Shown: positions 62,883-64,000 of the stretch, piece after piece
Layout: each line of letters starts with the position of its first letter
Numbering within the stretch: position 1 is the first letter of the stretch
Source of the DNA: Squalus acanthias
Taxonomy: Eukaryota
Direction: 5' to 3'
NCBI GenBank assembly: GCA_030390025.1
Contig: CM059433.1
Coordinates: 23,872,001-23,936,000 of the forward strand
Length of the DNA stretch: 64,000 nucleotides
The notes under the pieces: model-generated
Database searches by the model: none
Seen by the model: only the letters and a program-made list of their open reading frames with translations
Told to the model about the DNA's origin: nothing
Position numbers and translations under genes: made by a program

Positions 62883-64000
62883 CATAAGAACATAGAATTA
62901 GAAGCAGGAGTAGGCCATACGGTCCCTCGAGCCAGCTCTGCCATTCAATAAGGTCATGGCTGATCTTCGACCTCAACTCCACTTTCCTGCCCGATCTCCA
63001 TATCCCGTGATTCCCCTCGAGTCCAAAAATCTTATCTATCTCAGGCTTGAATATACTCAACGATTCAGCATCCACAGCCCTTTAGGATAGAGAATTCCAA
63101 AGATTCACAACTCTCTGAGTGAAGAAATTCCTCCTCATCGCAGTCTTAAATGGCCGACCCCTTATCCTGAGACTATGTCCCCTAGTTCTAGACACTCCAG
63201 CCAAGGGAAACAACCTCTCAGCATCTACCTTGTCAATCCCCCTCAGAATCTTATATGTTTCAGTGAGATCATCTCTCATTCTTCTAAACTCCAGAGAATA
63301 TAGGCTCAATCTCTCCTCACAGGACAACCTTCTCATCCCAGGAATCAATCTAGTGAACCTTTGTTGCACCACCTCTAAGGCACGTATATTCTTACTCAGA
63401 TAAGGAGACCAAAACTCTGCATAGTACTCCAGGTGTGGTCTCACCAAAGCCCTGTACAATTATTGCAAGAATTCCTTACCCTTGTACTCCAACCCCCTTG
63501 CAATAAAGGCCAACATGTCATTTGCCTTCCTAATTGCTTGCTGTACCTGCATGCTAACTCTCTGCTTCTTGTATGAGGACACCTAAATCTCTCTCAACAC
63601 CAACATTAAATAGTTTCTCACCATTTAAAAAATATTCTGTTTTTCTTTTTTTCCTACCAAAGTGAATAATCTCGCATTTCCCCACATTATACTCCATCTG
63701 CCACCTTATTGCCCACTAACCTAACCTGTCTATATCCCTTTGCAAGCTGTTGTGCCCTCCTCACAGCTTACTTTCCCACCTAGCTTTGTATTGTCACCAA
63801 ACTTGGATACATTGCACTCAGTCCCTTCATCTAAGTCATTAATATAGATTGTAAATAGCTGAGGCCCAAGCACTGATCCTTGTGGCACCCCACTAGTTAC
63901 AGCCTGCCAACCTGAAAATGACACGTTTATCCATACTCTCTGTTTTCTATCCATTAACCAATCCTCTATCCATGCTAATATATTACCCCCAATCCCATGA
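62883..64000 (-). mobile_element. CR1 RT fragment with 3' tail, runs off window end
   Basis: [35 protein letters not shown]; tail cataagaacatagaa. Confidence 0.92.

Noticed and set aside
62530..63075. 181-aa ORF
   Set aside because: Chimera of CR1 3' UTR, spacer and MITE end
56001..64000. FBXO9 F-box exon (LPxEVLMYIFRW-like)
   Set aside because: Not found by eye or in the ORF track; presumed downstream of the window
1..64000. CRISPR arrays, rRNA/tRNA genes, prokaryotic RT systems
   Set aside because: Eukaryotic intronic DNA; RTs are non-LTR retrotransposon type and B-box motifs belong to SINE heads without full cloverleaves

Overview
Vertebrate genomic DNA, very likely a cartilaginous fish (shark/ray type CR1, L2, Deu-domain SINE and Penelope-type repeats; species inferred, not proven). 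The only host gene I can support is the 5' part of FBXO9 on the + strand: six coding exons (78-80, 17489-17566, 30853-31011, 31998-32055, 44113-44212, 55870-56000) with GT-AG introns and consistent phases. They encode about 176 aa including the TPR motif and stop at the start of the F-box; the rest lies beyond the window. The introns are packed with transposon remains: many CR1 LINEs (two retain an SGNH-esterase ORF1, one also the N-terminal CxxC zinc finger/leucine zipper), an L2-type LINE, tRNA/Deu-type SINEs, an LF-SINE-like fragment, and non-autonomous DNA transposons (Tigger/pogo-like, hAT-like, Harbinger-like). Most notable: (1) short Penelope-like terminal-repeat inserts with 10-14 bp target-site duplications, several carrying minimal hammerhead ribozyme cores, all intact cores antisense to FBXO9; (2) an inverted pair of CTCF-like motifs plus a consensus CTCF site in intron 5; (3) a diverged, triplicated unexplained element in intron 1; (4) a NAGNAG acceptor that changes residue 2 of FBXO9. 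Repeat family names are from memory of consensus features, not database searches. I see no clear evidence of a wholly new gene system.
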